From an uncultured virus (IMG/VR IMGVR_UViG_3300044724_004089) (Duplodnaviria; Heunggongvirae; Uroviricota; Caudoviricetes): a DNA stretch of 64,000 nucleotides. The translations under genes were made by a program, and so were the position numbers. The notes beneath the pieces are model-generated. The model worked only from the letters and a program-made list of their open reading frames with translations. It was not told the origin of the DNA and did not search any database. Where the stretch lies: IMG/VR virus record IMGVR_UViG_3300044724_004089. One strand, written 5' to 3'. Shown in pieces: positions 1 to 10,033 of this stretch (its first letter is position 1; each line of letters starts with the position of its first letter).

Positions 1-16
1 ACGGGTAACATACCCT

Positions 17-44
17 AGTATACCAAGGTTTTTGACCTTGTCAA
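17..44 (-). promoter_or_regulatory. sigma70-type promoter firing leftwards out of the window
   Basis: Minus strand reads TTGACA (44-39), 16-nt spacer, TATACT (22-17); a minus-strand ATG at 11-9 follows directly. Confidence 0.6.
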
Positions 45-59
45 GTCTAATTTTTACAC

Positions 60-87
60 TTGACTTTTTTTAGAAATGAGATATATT
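60..87 (+). promoter_or_regulatory. sigma70-type promoter of gp55
   Basis: TTGACT (60-65), 16 nt, TATATT (82-87); ATG at 95 with no SD. Confidence 0.55.
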
Positions 88-94
88 AATTACT

Positions 95-634
95 ATGAAA
101 AAAAATAAGAAAAAAAATGAGCATTATGTAGACAATGCAAAGTTTTTAGAGGCGATGAAAGAATACAAAGCATTGTGTGAGGACGCCGAAAAAAACGACA
201 AAGAGAAACCACTTGTAACTAATTATATTGGTGGTTGTTTTTTAAAAATTGCGAATCACTTATCGTATAGACCTAACTTTATTAACTATACGTTTAAAGA
301 TGATATGATATCTGATGGTATAGAAAACTGTTTACAGTATCTTGATAATTTTAATCCAGAAAAATCTAAAAATCCTTTTGCATATTTTACACAGATTATA
401 TACTATGCCTTTATAAGAAGAATACAAAAAGAAAAGAAACAAGTAATAATAAAACAAAAGTTATTAAGAGATTCTAATTTTGATGATTTAACATTGCAAC
501 CATCAGATGATGCTCAATATACAAATCAGTTTACAGAATTCTTGAGAGCAAATGCTACAGAGGAAGAACCAGAAAAGAAAAAGAAAGAACCAAAAAGAAG
601 AAATTTAAAAGGCAAATTAGACGAGTTTATTTAA
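95..634 (+). CDS. gp55: T4-like late transcription sigma factor gp55
   Basis: HYVDN..F, LSYRPNFINYT, MISDGIENCL, NPFAYFTQI motifs; sits upstream of gp47/gp46. Confidence 0.95.
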   Translation: MKKNKKKNEHYVDNAKFLEAMKEYKALCEDAEKNDKEKPLVTNYIGGCFLKIANHLSYRPNFINYTFKDDMISDGIENCLQYLDNFNPEKSKNPFAYFTQIIYYAFIRRIQKEKKQVIIKQKLLRDSNFDDLTLQPSDDAQYTNQFTEFLRANATEEEPEKKKKEPKRRNLKGKLDEFI

Positions 635-1680
635 TGAAAATTGCATTGTTGAATGACACACACTTTGGGTGTCGAAATGATTCACCTGCTTTTATGGAAT
701 ATCAAAACAAGTTTTATGATGATATTTTCTTTCCATATTTAAAAGAAAATAATATAAAATATTTGATACATTTAGGTGATGTTGTTGATAGAAGAAAATT
801 TATTAATCACAATATAGCACACAACTTTAGACAAAAGTTTTGGAAGAAGTTGTATAGAAATAATATTGAAACACATATTATATTAGGCAATCACGACACC
901 TATTATAAAAATACAAATGACGTAAATGCTATCACAAATTTAAGAATTAATGGTAATTCAAAAATCTATAAGAGTGCAGAGATTGTATCTTTTGATGGAT
1001 TAGATATATTGTTTGTACCTTGGATTTGTGATGATAACTATGATGAAACAGTAAAACTTGTTCAAAATTCTAGATGTGAAATACTAATGGGTCATTTAGA
1101 GATTAAAGGTTTTGAAATGCACAAAGGTCATTTCTCTGAACAAGGTTTAGATAAAACTATGTTTCAAGGTTATGATAAAGTTATATCAGGTCATTTTCAT
1201 AAAAAGTCAGATGATGGTCAAATATATTATCTTGGTACTCAATATGAAATAACTTGGTCAGATTATAAATGCCCGAAAGGTTTTCACATATTCGATACTG
1301 ATACCAGAGAGTTGACAAGAGTAGAAAATCCATATAGAATGTATAAAAAGATTATATACAACGATAAAGAAAAAAGTTATTCTAACTATGATATTCAGCA
1401 GTTTAATAAGTGTTTTGTTAAATTATACATTTCAAATAAAACTGATGAGGAAATGTATAACAAGTTTGTAGAAAGATTATATAATGAAATAGATGTACAC
1501 CAGTTACAAATAATAGATGACCCTATCGATATCAATTTAACTGTGAGTGATAACATTATAGATAAGGGTGAAGATACATTGACATTTTTAGATAATTATA
1601 TTGAACAGATAGATACCAAGTTAGATAAAAAGAAATTAAAAGACTATGCTAAAAATTTATATTATGAGGTAAGTGAATGA
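634..1680 (+). CDS. gp47: recombination endonuclease subunit gp47 (Mre11/SbcD-like)
   Basis: Metallophosphoesterase motifs DTHFG, LGDVVD, GNHD, SGHFH. Confidence 0.95.
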   Translation: MKIALLNDTHFGCRNDSPAFMEYQNKFYDDIFFPYLKENNIKYLIHLGDVVDRRKFINHNIAHNFRQKFWKKLYRNNIETHIILGNHDTYYKNTNDVNAITNLRINGNSKIYKSAEIVSFDGLDILFVPWICDDNYDETVKLVQNSRCEILMGHLEIKGFEMHKGHFSEQGLDKTMFQGYDKVISGHFHKKSDDGQIYYLGTQYEITWSDYKCPKGFHIFDTDTRELTRVENPYRMYKKIIYNDKEKSYSNYDIQQFNKCFVKLYISNKTDEEMYNKFVERLYNEIDVHQLQIIDDPIDINLTVSDNIIDKGEDTLTFLDNYIEQIDTKLDKKKLKDYAKNLYYEVSE

Positions 1681-2342
1681 ATATACACAAAGAATTTACT
1701 ATGGGTCAAACTGCTTTCTTATTTAAGTTACCAGAAAGTTTAATTAATGACATTAATAAAAAGATGGATGAAGAAATAAAAAATAATGAAATTAGAGATG
1801 CATCAGAACAATTATCCGCTAAAATAAAAAAAGAATATCAAATAATGCATTGGTTACCTGAAGTAGATAAAGATAAAATTTTCTTTAAATGTGTAAAAGA
1901 AGTAATGAGCAAAGCACAAATGTATACATCATTTAAAGCAAAGTCTGTTGTTATTGATAATGCTTGGATAAATGATCAAGTAGAACACGAGTATCAAGTT
2001 ATACACAGACACAGTGGACAATCTATTATAGGTTTTGCATCTATTTTATTTTTAAAAGTACCTGACTTTGGTCCTGAAGTAAATAGAAAAGATTTACCAC
2101 ATAACGGAAGAACAATGTTGATAGGTAATTGTCAAGGGCAATTCTGTAAGAAAAATATTATGATACAACCTGAAGTTGGTGATTTTTATATTTTTCCTTA
2201 TGACTTAGAACATATGGTTTATCCTTTTGTAGGTGATGGATTAAGAAGAAGTTTAAGTATAAATTATGATGTATTCCATCAAGCAGATGGTAAACAATAT
2301 AGGGCAATAAATAATGATAACTTTCGTCAAGTTAAAGTATAA
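1677..2342 (+). CDS. putative 2OG-Fe(II) oxygenase-like protein
   Basis: WIN..HRH, FP..LEHMVYP, RRSLSIN pattern typical of phage 2OG oxygenase-like proteins. Confidence 0.65.
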   Translation: MNIHKEFTMGQTAFLFKLPESLINDINKKMDEEIKNNEIRDASEQLSAKIKKEYQIMHWLPEVDKDKIFFKCVKEVMSKAQMYTSFKAKSVVIDNAWINDQVEHEYQVIHRHSGQSIIGFASILFLKVPDFGPEVNRKDLPHNGRTMLIGNCQGQFCKKNIMIQPEVGDFYIFPYDLEHMVYPFVGDGLRRSLSINYDVFHQADGKQYRAINNDNFRQVKV

Positions 2343-4026
2343 AAACTTTCTATCTACGGGAAACACACCTATTGAAGTTGACTTTGTAAAATCAAAAACA
2401 ACTTTAATTGTAGGATCAAATGGTTCTGGTAAATCTACTTTACTAGATGCATTGTGTTTTGTTTTATTTAACAAACCATTTAGATTAATAAAAAAAGATC
2501 AGATGATAAACACTATCAATGCATCAGAGTGTGTTGTTGAAGTTGAGTTTCGTGTTGGTACCATACCATATAAAGTTGTTAGATGTATTAAACCAAATAA
2601 GTTTCAAATATACAAAAACAATAAATTAATAAATCAAGATGCTAATAATGTTGATTATCAAAAGTATCTTGAAAAAACTATAATGAAATTAAACTATCGT
2701 TCTTTTATACAAGTTGTAATGTTGGGGTCATCATCATACGAACCCTTTATGAAAATGAGACCAAGATATAGAAGAGAAGTTGTAGAGGAAATATTAGATA
2801 TAAGAGTGTTTGGTTTGATGGATATAAATTTAAGATCACAACAAAGTGATTTACAAAAAAGACTTACAGATGCCAGACATAAAACAGATATATTAAAAAC
2901 AAAGTATGAAACAGAATCAAAATATTTACAATCATTAAAATCAAAAGGTGATTCTTTTAAAGAAGTAAAAGAAAAATCATTACAACAAAATGAAACAAAC
3001 AAAAGAGTATACGAAAAAAAGATAGAACAGTTAAATACAGATTTAGCAGTACATAATGAAAAGGTAAAAGATAAGTCACTGTTTGATAGAAAGTTATTAC
3101 AATTAAATAAATTAGAAACAAAGATAACACAGAACCTAGAAACACATAAAAAGACTTTAAACTTTTTTGAAAAGAATGATACTTGTCCTACTTGCACACA
3201 ACCTATAGATGAAAATTTTAAACACGATAAATGTGGCACAACAAAAACTAAAATTGATAAACTGTCAACAGGTCTAAAAGAATTACTACAAGAGATAACA
3301 CAAACAGAAGAAAAGGTAAAAGGATTTACAGGTATTACAAATAAGATTAGTGATATAAGAGTTGATATTGCCAAGATAAATAACTCTTTAGAAAACATAG
3401 AACATAATAGTCAAAGTATAAATGAAGAGTTAAGAAACTTTAGCAGTGAAAATGATATACAATCTTTAGAAACCAACCTAAACAAAATGAAAGAAGATAT
3501 TGAAGTAGCAGTTGTTGAGTTAGATAAGATTGTAGAAGAAAAAGGTTACGTTGATATACTAAGAGAAATACTAAACGATACAGGTGCAAAAGCAAAGATT
3601 ATAAAAAAGTATGTACCCATAATGAATAATCTTATCAATCAGTATTTACAATCTATGGATTTCTTTGTATCATTTAATTTAGACGAAGAGTTTAATGAAA
3701 CAGTAAAAAGTAGATTTAGAGATAACTTTAACTACAATAGTTTTAGTGAAGGTGAAAAGATGAGAATAGACTTGGCATTGTTGTTTACCTGGAGAGCAAT
3801 TGCTAAAATGAAAAACTCTACTAATACTAATCTGTTAATATTAGATGAAATATTTGATAGCAGTTTAGACGGACAAGGTACAGATGATTTCTTTAAGATA
3901 ATAGGAACATTAAAGAACGAAAACATATTTGTAATATCGCATAAGGGTGATATATTATTTGATAAGTTTACAAATATAATTAAGTATGAAAAATATAAAA
4001 ACTTTACAAGACTGGAGGCAGTATGA
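2314..4026 (+). CDS. gp46: recombination endonuclease ATPase subunit gp46 (Rad50/SbcC-like)
   Basis: Walker A GSNGSGKST, zinc hook CPTC, FSEGEK signature, LILDE, ISH. Confidence 0.96.
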   Translation: MITFVKLKYKNFLSTGNTPIEVDFVKSKTTLIVGSNGSGKSTLLDALCFVLFNKPFRLIKKDQMINTINASECVVEVEFRVGTIPYKVVRCIKPNKFQIYKNNKLINQDANNVDYQKYLEKTIMKLNYRSFIQVVMLGSSSYEPFMKMRPRYRREVVEEILDIRVFGLMDINLRSQQSDLQKRLTDARHKTDILKTKYETESKYLQSLKSKGDSFKEVKEKSLQQNETNKRVYEKKIEQLNTDLAVHNEKVKDKSLFDRKLLQLNKLETKITQNLETHKKTLNFFEKNDTCPTCTQPIDENFKHDKCGTTKTKIDKLSTGLKELLQEITQTEEKVKGFTGITNKISDIRVDIAKINNSLENIEHNSQSINEELRNFSSENDIQSLETNLNKMKEDIEVAVVELDKIVEEKGYVDILREILNDTGAKAKIIKKYVPIMNNLINQYLQSMDFFVSFNLDEEFNETVKSRFRDNFNYNSFSEGEKMRIDLALLFTWRAIAKMKNSTNTNLLILDEIFDSSLDGQGTDDFFKIIGTLKNENIFVISHKGDILFDKFTNIIKYEKYKNFTRLEAV

Positions 4027-4574
4027 AATTAGTATCACCAGACGATCCAATATTAAAACAACCATTACCAACTTTTGATGATTCGCAACTAGAAGACTAT
4101 GGTTATAAAGACAGACAAAAACTATCTGACGATATGTTTGAATTTATATCAAAGAATGGTGGTATAGGTCTTACTGCTAATCAAATAGGTATGAGATTAA
4201 ATATGATGGTGATAGGTGGACACCCTAGTATAGAAAATGGTATGAAACTAACGTGTTTTAATCCTGTTATAATAAGCACAAGTGCTGAACAAGTAACTAT
4301 GAAAGAGGGTTGTTTATCATATCCATTCTTATTTTTTAATATAAAAAGACCTAGAAAAGTGGTGGTTAAATACAGAGATGTAGATGATAAACTACAAGAA
4401 GGTCACCTTGACGGATATATGAGTAGAATATTTCAACACGAGTATGATCACACAGAGGGTAGAACTATGCTTGACAATGTTTCAAAATTCAGATATAATC
4501 TAGCAATGAAAAAAGCAGAAAAATTAATGAAGAAACATATGAGAGAAATGAAAAATGCCGAGAAAGACAACTAA
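4023..4574 (+). CDS. def: peptide deformylase
   Basis: GIGLTANQIG, EGCLS, QHEYDH motifs. Confidence 0.95.
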   Translation: MKLVSPDDPILKQPLPTFDDSQLEDYGYKDRQKLSDDMFEFISKNGGIGLTANQIGMRLNMMVIGGHPSIENGMKLTCFNPVIISTSAEQVTMKEGCLSYPFLFFNIKRPRKVVVKYRDVDDKLQEGHLDGYMSRIFQHEYDHTEGRTMLDNVSKFRYNLAMKKAEKLMKKHMREMKNAEKDN

Positions 4575-4797
4575 AACTTATGTTCACGTCAATCAACACG
4601 TTATACGAAGTAATAAAAAACATAACAAAAACGAACCAGTTATCACAGTTAAGAAAGGTTCTAAAAACACTTACTGTCACGAAGTCAAAATACTCGGTCC
4701 TAGTACCGTGGTTTATGGCGGTAATGATAAACCTCTTCTTTCTTGTGGTGCTAGAGTTGTCATTTCGACTGAATCAGATGTAGAGATTGTCAAATGA
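4555..4797 (+). CDS. hypothetical phage protein
   Basis: Overlapping, coupled ORF with coding-like composition; LLSCGARV C-terminal motif. Confidence 0.6.
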   Translation: MPRKTTKTYVHVNQHVIRSNKKHNKNEPVITVKKGSKNTYCHEVKILGPSTVVYGGNDKPLLSCGARVVISTESDVEIVK

Positions 4798-5933
4798 CAT
4801 ACAAACCATATAAACTACAAGATGTAATAGATGCATCTAATAAAGAACTATTTACAGTCATATCTACATTTGCAGGTGGTGGTGGTTCATCAACAGGTTA
4901 TAGATTAGCAGGTGCTAAAATACTTGCAATCAATGAGTTTGTTGATTCAGCAGTAGACACATATAAAGCAAACTATCCACAGACACCTGTATTACCTGGC
5001 GACATAAAAGAATTGACAGGTGAAGATTTATTAAAAACTGCAGGTGTTCAAAAAGGTGAACTAGATATTTTAGATGGTAGTCCACCTTGTTCTGCATTTA
5101 GTATATCAGGTAAAAGAGAAAAGGGTTGGAACTCAACAAAGAAATATTCTGATGACAAACAAGTAGAAAATATAGAAGATTTATTTTTTGAGTACATTAG
5201 AATAGCAAATGATATACAAGCAAAGGTTGTTATAGGTGAAAACGTAGCAGGTATTATGGTTGGTGATGCTAAAAAATATTTCAATAGAATCATAAATGCT
5301 TTTGATAAAATAGGTTATGAGGCGGTTGGTAAAGTGATGAACGCCGCTGACTTTGGAACACCACAAGCAAGACAAAGATGTTTTTTTGTAGCAGTAAGAA
5401 AAGATGTGATGGATACATTAGGGTTAAACTTTATGACAATGGAGGGTGAATTATATCCTAAACCAAATAGCACTCAACCTACGTTAAAAGATGCTATTGA
5501 TGATTTAGAGAATGATAAAGAAGAAGAACAGATGTTACTTGATTTTGTTCAAGGTTCTTTTCAAAAGAAGTGGATTGAATTGTTACCATTTAATCCAGAT
5601 AAACATAGAAAACCAAGTGATCCAGAATTTATAGACATAAATCCTAAAAGATCAATGTTTAATATGATTAGACCAGCACCAAACTTACCTTGTCCGACAG
5701 TTACACAAGCAGGTCAAAAGAAAGGTTTGTCTGGTGTGTTTCACTATAATAGTAATCGTAAATTAACGATAAAAGAATTAAAAAGAGTTATGGGTTTACC
5801 AGATGATTTTAAACTTGAAGGTGACTTTGATCAACAAGCAGAAAGAGTTGGTAGAATGGTAGCACCTCTAATGATGAAAGAGTTATCTGGTACCATATAT
5901 AAAAATATAATTAAACCATTTAATGATAGATAA
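4794..5933 (+). CDS. C5-cytosine DNA methyltransferase homolog, probable DNA cytosine carboxymethyltransferase (CmoX-like)
   Basis: Motif I FAGGGG, IV GSPPC, VI ENV, VIII QARQR; motif X reads VGRMV instead of GNxV; adjacent to a CmoA homolog. Confidence 0.85.
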   Translation: MTYKPYKLQDVIDASNKELFTVISTFAGGGGSSTGYRLAGAKILAINEFVDSAVDTYKANYPQTPVLPGDIKELTGEDLLKTAGVQKGELDILDGSPPCSAFSISGKREKGWNSTKKYSDDKQVENIEDLFFEYIRIANDIQAKVVIGENVAGIMVGDAKKYFNRIINAFDKIGYEAVGKVMNAADFGTPQARQRCFFVAVRKDVMDTLGLNFMTMEGELYPKPNSTQPTLKDAIDDLENDKEEEQMLLDFVQGSFQKKWIELLPFNPDKHRKPSDPEFIDINPKRSMFNMIRPAPNLPCPTVTQAGQKKGLSGVFHYNSNRKLTIKELKRVMGLPDDFKLEGDFDQQAERVGRMVAPLMMKELSGTIYKNIIKPFNDR

Positions 5934-6753
5934 ATTACTTCAAGATATAGTTGAAAAAGAATGCAAAGATAATGATGTAGCAGTTTTATTATCTGGTGGT
6001 GTCGATAGTAATAGTGTTTTATTTACTGCTAATCGTCTAGGTAAAATAGTGCATTGTTATTCTTTTCATTTAGACACAGGTTCATCATATGATTCTATAA
6101 AAGCACAAGAAGTATGTAATAAGTTTAATTTTGATTTAACACTAATAGAAGTGCCAACAAATAATTTAGAAAATGATTTTATAACACTTGCTGAAAAGTA
6201 TAAGTGTCAAAAGAAAACACATTTTGAATGCACGTTTCCATTTATGTATGTGTTTCCAAAAATAAAAGAAAAGTATGTGCTATCTGGTTGGGCGGCAGAT
6301 GGTCATTTTGGTTTAAGTAAAAAAGCAAGTTTGCATTACAAACACCCCAAAGAAAAGTTTGATAAGTTTAGAAGAGATTATTTTTCTGTAGAAAATCCAG
6401 TAGGGGTTAGACAAATAGAAATGTTATGCAAAGAACACAATAAAGTATTATCAGTTCCATATCTAGATAAAAAAGTTTTTGATTATTTCATACAGTTTGA
6501 CTGGGACACACTCAATAAACCCAAAGAAAAATACGAAGTTAGAAAATGCTTTCCAGAGTTTAATGAGATAAATCTTAAAAATCATTTAAATTTACAATTA
6601 ATTTCTAGGGTTGACAAAATATTTGAAACCTTGTTAACTAGTGAAAAGATTAATATTGGAAAGAGAAAAAGAGTTATGGATATTTGTAAAGACTGGTATA
6701 ATGTAAATAAAAACTTAAATAATCCAACTATACTTGAGGACAAGTTATTATGA
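5923..6753 (+). CDS. asparagine synthase-like ATP-dependent amide ligase (CmoY-like)
   Basis: PP-loop LLSGGVDS, LSGWAADGHFG, VPYLD..V, KPKEK; no glutaminase domain at 276 aa. Confidence 0.75.
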   Translation: MIDKLLQDIVEKECKDNDVAVLLSGGVDSNSVLFTANRLGKIVHCYSFHLDTGSSYDSIKAQEVCNKFNFDLTLIEVPTNNLENDFITLAEKYKCQKKTHFECTFPFMYVFPKIKEKYVLSGWAADGHFGLSKKASLHYKHPKEKFDKFRRDYFSVENPVGVRQIEMLCKEHNKVLSVPYLDKKVFDYFIQFDWDTLNKPKEKYEVRKCFPEFNEINLKNHLNLQLISRVDKIFETLLTSEKINIGKRKRVMDICKDWYNVNKNLNNPTILEDKLL

Positions 6754-7421
6754 AATTTACATTTGCACAATCAGAAGAAGGATTTGATAATCACATAGAT
6801 AAGTCTATTAGAGGTTATGCTGACTTATGGGGTGATGTTGTCAACATTGGTAAATACTTTATAGAAGATGATACTAACGTTGTAGATATAGGTTGTTCTA
6901 CAGGTAAACTTCAAAAGTCTATGATAAAATTGTATGAAGAACATATACCCAATGCTAAATACGTTGGTGTAGAAATAGAAGAAGACTTTTATAAAGATTA
7001 TCCTGTTGATGAATTGAAATACTCTAATCTAAAGTATTTTAGAGATGATGTAAGAAACTTTAAATTTACAAACTGTAGTTATGTAACATCTTTATTTACA
7101 TTACAATTTATGTCACCAAAGTCTAGAAAAGAAGTAATACAAAGTATATACAATGGTTTAAATACAGGTGGTGCATTTGTATTTTCTGAAAAAGTATTTG
7201 CACAAAACCCTAGAGTACAAGATATGATGACATTTATGTATTATGATCATAAAAGAAAAAACTTTACAGAAAAAGAAATATTAGATAAAGAAGTCCAGTT
7301 AAGACATATGATGAAACCAAACACAAAAAATGAATTGATAAAAATGTGTACTGATGCTGGATTTGAAACACAAACATTTTGGCAAAATTATAACTTTATA
7401 GGAGTGATAGCACTTAAATGA
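6750..7421 (+). CDS. cmoA: CmoA-like carboxy-SAM synthase
   Basis: FDNHIDKSIRGY, DIGCSTG, FTLQF, FSEK, QNYNF match the CmoA family. Confidence 0.8.
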   Translation: MKFTFAQSEEGFDNHIDKSIRGYADLWGDVVNIGKYFIEDDTNVVDIGCSTGKLQKSMIKLYEEHIPNAKYVGVEIEEDFYKDYPVDELKYSNLKYFRDDVRNFKFTNCSYVTSLFTLQFMSPKSRKEVIQSIYNGLNTGGAFVFSEKVFAQNPRVQDMMTFMYYDHKRKNFTEKEILDKEVQLRHMMKPNTKNELIKMCTDAGFETQTFWQNYNFIGVIALK

Positions 7422-8245
7422 AACAATTCTTTATACCAAATACTGTTACAGAATTTAGCAATGAAAATCCATTTGTATTGATAGCAGGTCCTTGTCAAGT
7501 TGAAAGTAAAGAACACGCAATACAAATATGTGGTTCATTATTAGAAATATCAATGTTATACAATATACCTTTAGTATATAAATCATCTTTTGATAAAGCA
7601 AATAGAACAAGTATCAATTCACAAAGAGGATTAGGTTTAGAAAAGTCTTTACAAGTATTTGAAGAAATACAAAAACAATTTAATGTACCTGTTGTTACAG
7701 ACGTTCACGAACCAGGTCAATGTAAAGAAGTAGCATCAGTGGTTAATATGTTACAGATACCAGCATTTTTATGTAGACAAACTGATTTACTTGTAGCATC
7801 AGCAGAAACACAAAAAACTGTAATGATTAAAAAAGGTCAGTTTATGGCACCTTGGGATATGAAAAATGTCATAGAAAAAATAAGTCATATAAATGATAAG
7901 ATAGTGTTATGTGAAAGAGGTACAAGTTTTGGTTATAATAGATTAGTTGCTGATATGACTTCTCTACCGATAATGAAAGAAACAGGTTATCCTGTTGTGT
8001 TTGATGCAACACATTCAGTACAACAACCAGGTGGTATGGGTGCAACATCTGGAGGTAATCGTGAGTTTGTACCTGTGTTGGCGAGATGTGCTATGACAAT
8101 AGGTATAGCAGGTATATTTATGGAAGTGCATCAAGATCCAGACAATGCACCAAGTGATGGACCTAATATGTTAAAGTTAGAAGATTTACAAGATTTACTA
8201 AAACAGTTATACGACATAGACGAAAGCACGAAAGGTGGGTTTTAA
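7418..8245 (+). CDS. kdsA: 3-deoxy-D-manno-octulosonate 8-phosphate (KDO8P) synthase
   Basis: AGPC, KSSFDKANRTS, QIPAFLCRQTDL, KKGQF, FDATHSVQ, SDGPN. Confidence 0.95.
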   Translation: MKQFFIPNTVTEFSNENPFVLIAGPCQVESKEHAIQICGSLLEISMLYNIPLVYKSSFDKANRTSINSQRGLGLEKSLQVFEEIQKQFNVPVVTDVHEPGQCKEVASVVNMLQIPAFLCRQTDLLVASAETQKTVMIKKGQFMAPWDMKNVIEKISHINDKIVLCERGTSFGYNRLVADMTSLPIMKETGYPVVFDATHSVQQPGGMGATSGGNREFVPVLARCAMTIGIAGIFMEVHQDPDNAPSDGPNMLKLEDLQDLLKQLYDIDESTKGGF

Positions 8246-9387
8246 TGGATAAAGAGGTCAAAAGAATATATGATGCAGAAATAAATAGACAATCACAAAC
8301 CATAGAGTTAATAGCATCTGAAAACTTTGCAAGTCAGGCAGTAAAGAAATTATGTGGTTCAGAGTTTACAAATAAGTATGCTGAAGGTTATCCAGGTAAG
8401 AGATACTACAATGGTTGTGAGTATATGGATCAAATAGAACAACTTGCAATAGATGAATTAAAAAAGTTATATAACTGTGAATATGCTAACGTGCAACCTC
8501 ATTGTGGTGCAAATGCAAATACTGCCGTCTATCAAGCATTTTTGAAACCAGGTGATACAATACTTGGTATGGATTTAGCATCAGGTGGTCATTTAAGTCA
8601 CGGTTCTAAACCTAATATATCAGGTAAAATATATGATGCACATTATTATGGTGTCGATAAAGATGGTTGGTTAGATTACAATGCAATTAAAGAACAAGCA
8701 AAGAAACTAAAACCAAAGATGATAGTTGCAGGTGCTAGTGCATACTCTAGACAAATACATTGGTATATCTTCAGAGAGATAGCAGATGAGGTAGGTGCAT
8801 ATCTATTATGTGATATGGCACATTACTCTGGACTAATAGCAGGTGGTAGTTATGATAATCCAGTTCCTCACGCAGACGCAGTTACATCAACTACACATAA
8901 AACATTGAGAGGTCCAAGAGGTGGTATAATCTTATGGGATAATGATGAACATACTAAAAAGATAAATTCTGCTATCTTTCCTGGTACACAAGGTGGTCCT
9001 TTGATGAATATGATCGCCTCAAAAGCACAAGCATTTAAAGAGGCGAATACAACAGAATTTAGACAATACATTCAAAATGTAATCAATAATGCAAAAGCAA
9101 TGGCAGAAGTATTCATAGAGAATGATTTTAATGTATTGACAGGTGGTACTGATAGTCATATGATGCTGATAGATTTAAGTGATAAAAAGTATTCTGGTAG
9201 AGAATCAGCAGATAAACTAGAAGAAATGGGTATTACAGTCAATAAGAATGGTATACCTAATGATCCTAGAAGTTTTGTAGAAACATCAGGTATTCGTATA
9301 GGAACTGCCGCCGAAACAACAAGAGGTAGACCAGCAAGTTGGTTTCGTGATGTTGCTAAAAGAATAATAAACATCATTACACTGTGA
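8245..9387 (+). CDS. glyA: serine hydroxymethyltransferase
   Basis: LIASEN, NKYAEGYPGKRYY, GGHLSHG, STTHKTLRGPRGG (PLP lysine), FPGTQGGP. Confidence 0.97.
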   Translation: MDKEVKRIYDAEINRQSQTIELIASENFASQAVKKLCGSEFTNKYAEGYPGKRYYNGCEYMDQIEQLAIDELKKLYNCEYANVQPHCGANANTAVYQAFLKPGDTILGMDLASGGHLSHGSKPNISGKIYDAHYYGVDKDGWLDYNAIKEQAKKLKPKMIVAGASAYSRQIHWYIFREIADEVGAYLLCDMAHYSGLIAGGSYDNPVPHADAVTSTTHKTLRGPRGGIILWDNDEHTKKINSAIFPGTQGGPLMNMIASKAQAFKEANTTEFRQYIQNVINNAKAMAEVFIENDFNVLTGGTDSHMMLIDLSDKKYSGRESADKLEEMGITVNKNGIPNDPRSFVETSGIRIGTAAETTRGRPASWFRDVAKRIINIITL

Positions 9388-9504
9388 CATAATTACAACA
9401 CTTTCAAATAAAATTGGTAAGGGGGTTGAAATATCGCCTTTGAATCACCATATTAATAGTATGACTTGATAAAATTAAATTAATAAAAAAACAAAACTTT
9501 TTTG

Positions 9505-9579
9505 TTGACTTTTCGATAAAACCTTGCTATTATACTAGTATAAGTGATTCGTTAACAAAAAAAGAAAGGACAATACACT
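9505..9579 (+). promoter_or_regulatory. early promoter with conserved TGATTCG leader and GAAAGGA RBS
   Basis: TTGACT-17-TATTAT with TG extension and AT-rich UP region; TGATTCG at 9545-9551; near-identical copy at 60431-60482. Confidence 0.75.
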
Positions 9580-9942
9580 ATGTTAAATTATGAAATGAAC
9601 TACTTTTCAAATGTGAAGTTTTACTATGATACGAATAGCATCAGTTCAAAGTATCTCGAAAATCTTTATAAGATTTCTTATAACTTCGTTGATTATAAGA
9701 TTCGTACCTCGAGTATGCGTGTTTTTGAAAAGAATTTTAAGATGCAAATGCAAAAGTTAATCAATACTTATTTTGATAAGTCTATTCAATCTCAAAACTA
9801 CATTGTTAAGATTAAGCAAGTAAAGATTGAAAATAATGATGAACAGACGATTTACATTGATAAGACTGTAGATTCTGATGAACTTCTTGTAAATTTACTA
9901 AAGAATTCTAGTAACATTGTAAGCATTTTACCAAAGTTTTAG
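9580..9942 (+). CDS. hypothetical early protein
   Basis: ORF with strong RBS (GAAAGGA) behind an early promoter. Confidence 0.7.
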   Translation: MLNYEMNYFSNVKFYYDTNSISSKYLENLYKISYNFVDYKIRTSSMRVFEKNFKMQMQKLINTYFDKSIQSQNYIVKIKQVKIENNDEQTIYIDKTVDSDELLVNLLKNSSNIVSILPKF

Positions 9943-9950
9943 ATACTATT

Positions 9951-9985
9951 GTTAGTGTCTTGACAAAAAAAGTCTTGACACTAAC
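9951..9985 (+). terminator. hairpin (terminator/operator-like) overlapping the next -35 box
   Basis: GTTAGTGTC...GACACTAAC inverted repeat containing two TTGACA copies, followed by ACATTTTT. Confidence 0.45.
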
Positions 9986-10033
9986 ACATTTTTCTGATAA
10001 CATTACATTTTAACTAATTTGAAAGGGACAATT

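Noticed and set aside
4580..4783. Alternative-frame ORF (also 44801-44995)
   Set aside because: Fully nested in better-supported genes and lacking an RBS or motifs.
5923..6753. QueC (7-deazaguanine DNA modification)
   Set aside because: Has the PP-loop but lacks the QueC zinc-binding Cys cluster; no folE, queD, queE or dpdA in the window; motifs fit the Asn-synthase C-domain.
7418..8245. DAHP synthase feeding prephenate to CmoA
   Set aside because: The KANRTS motif and PAFLCRQTDL identify KDO8P synthase; DAHP synthases have KPRT/S.
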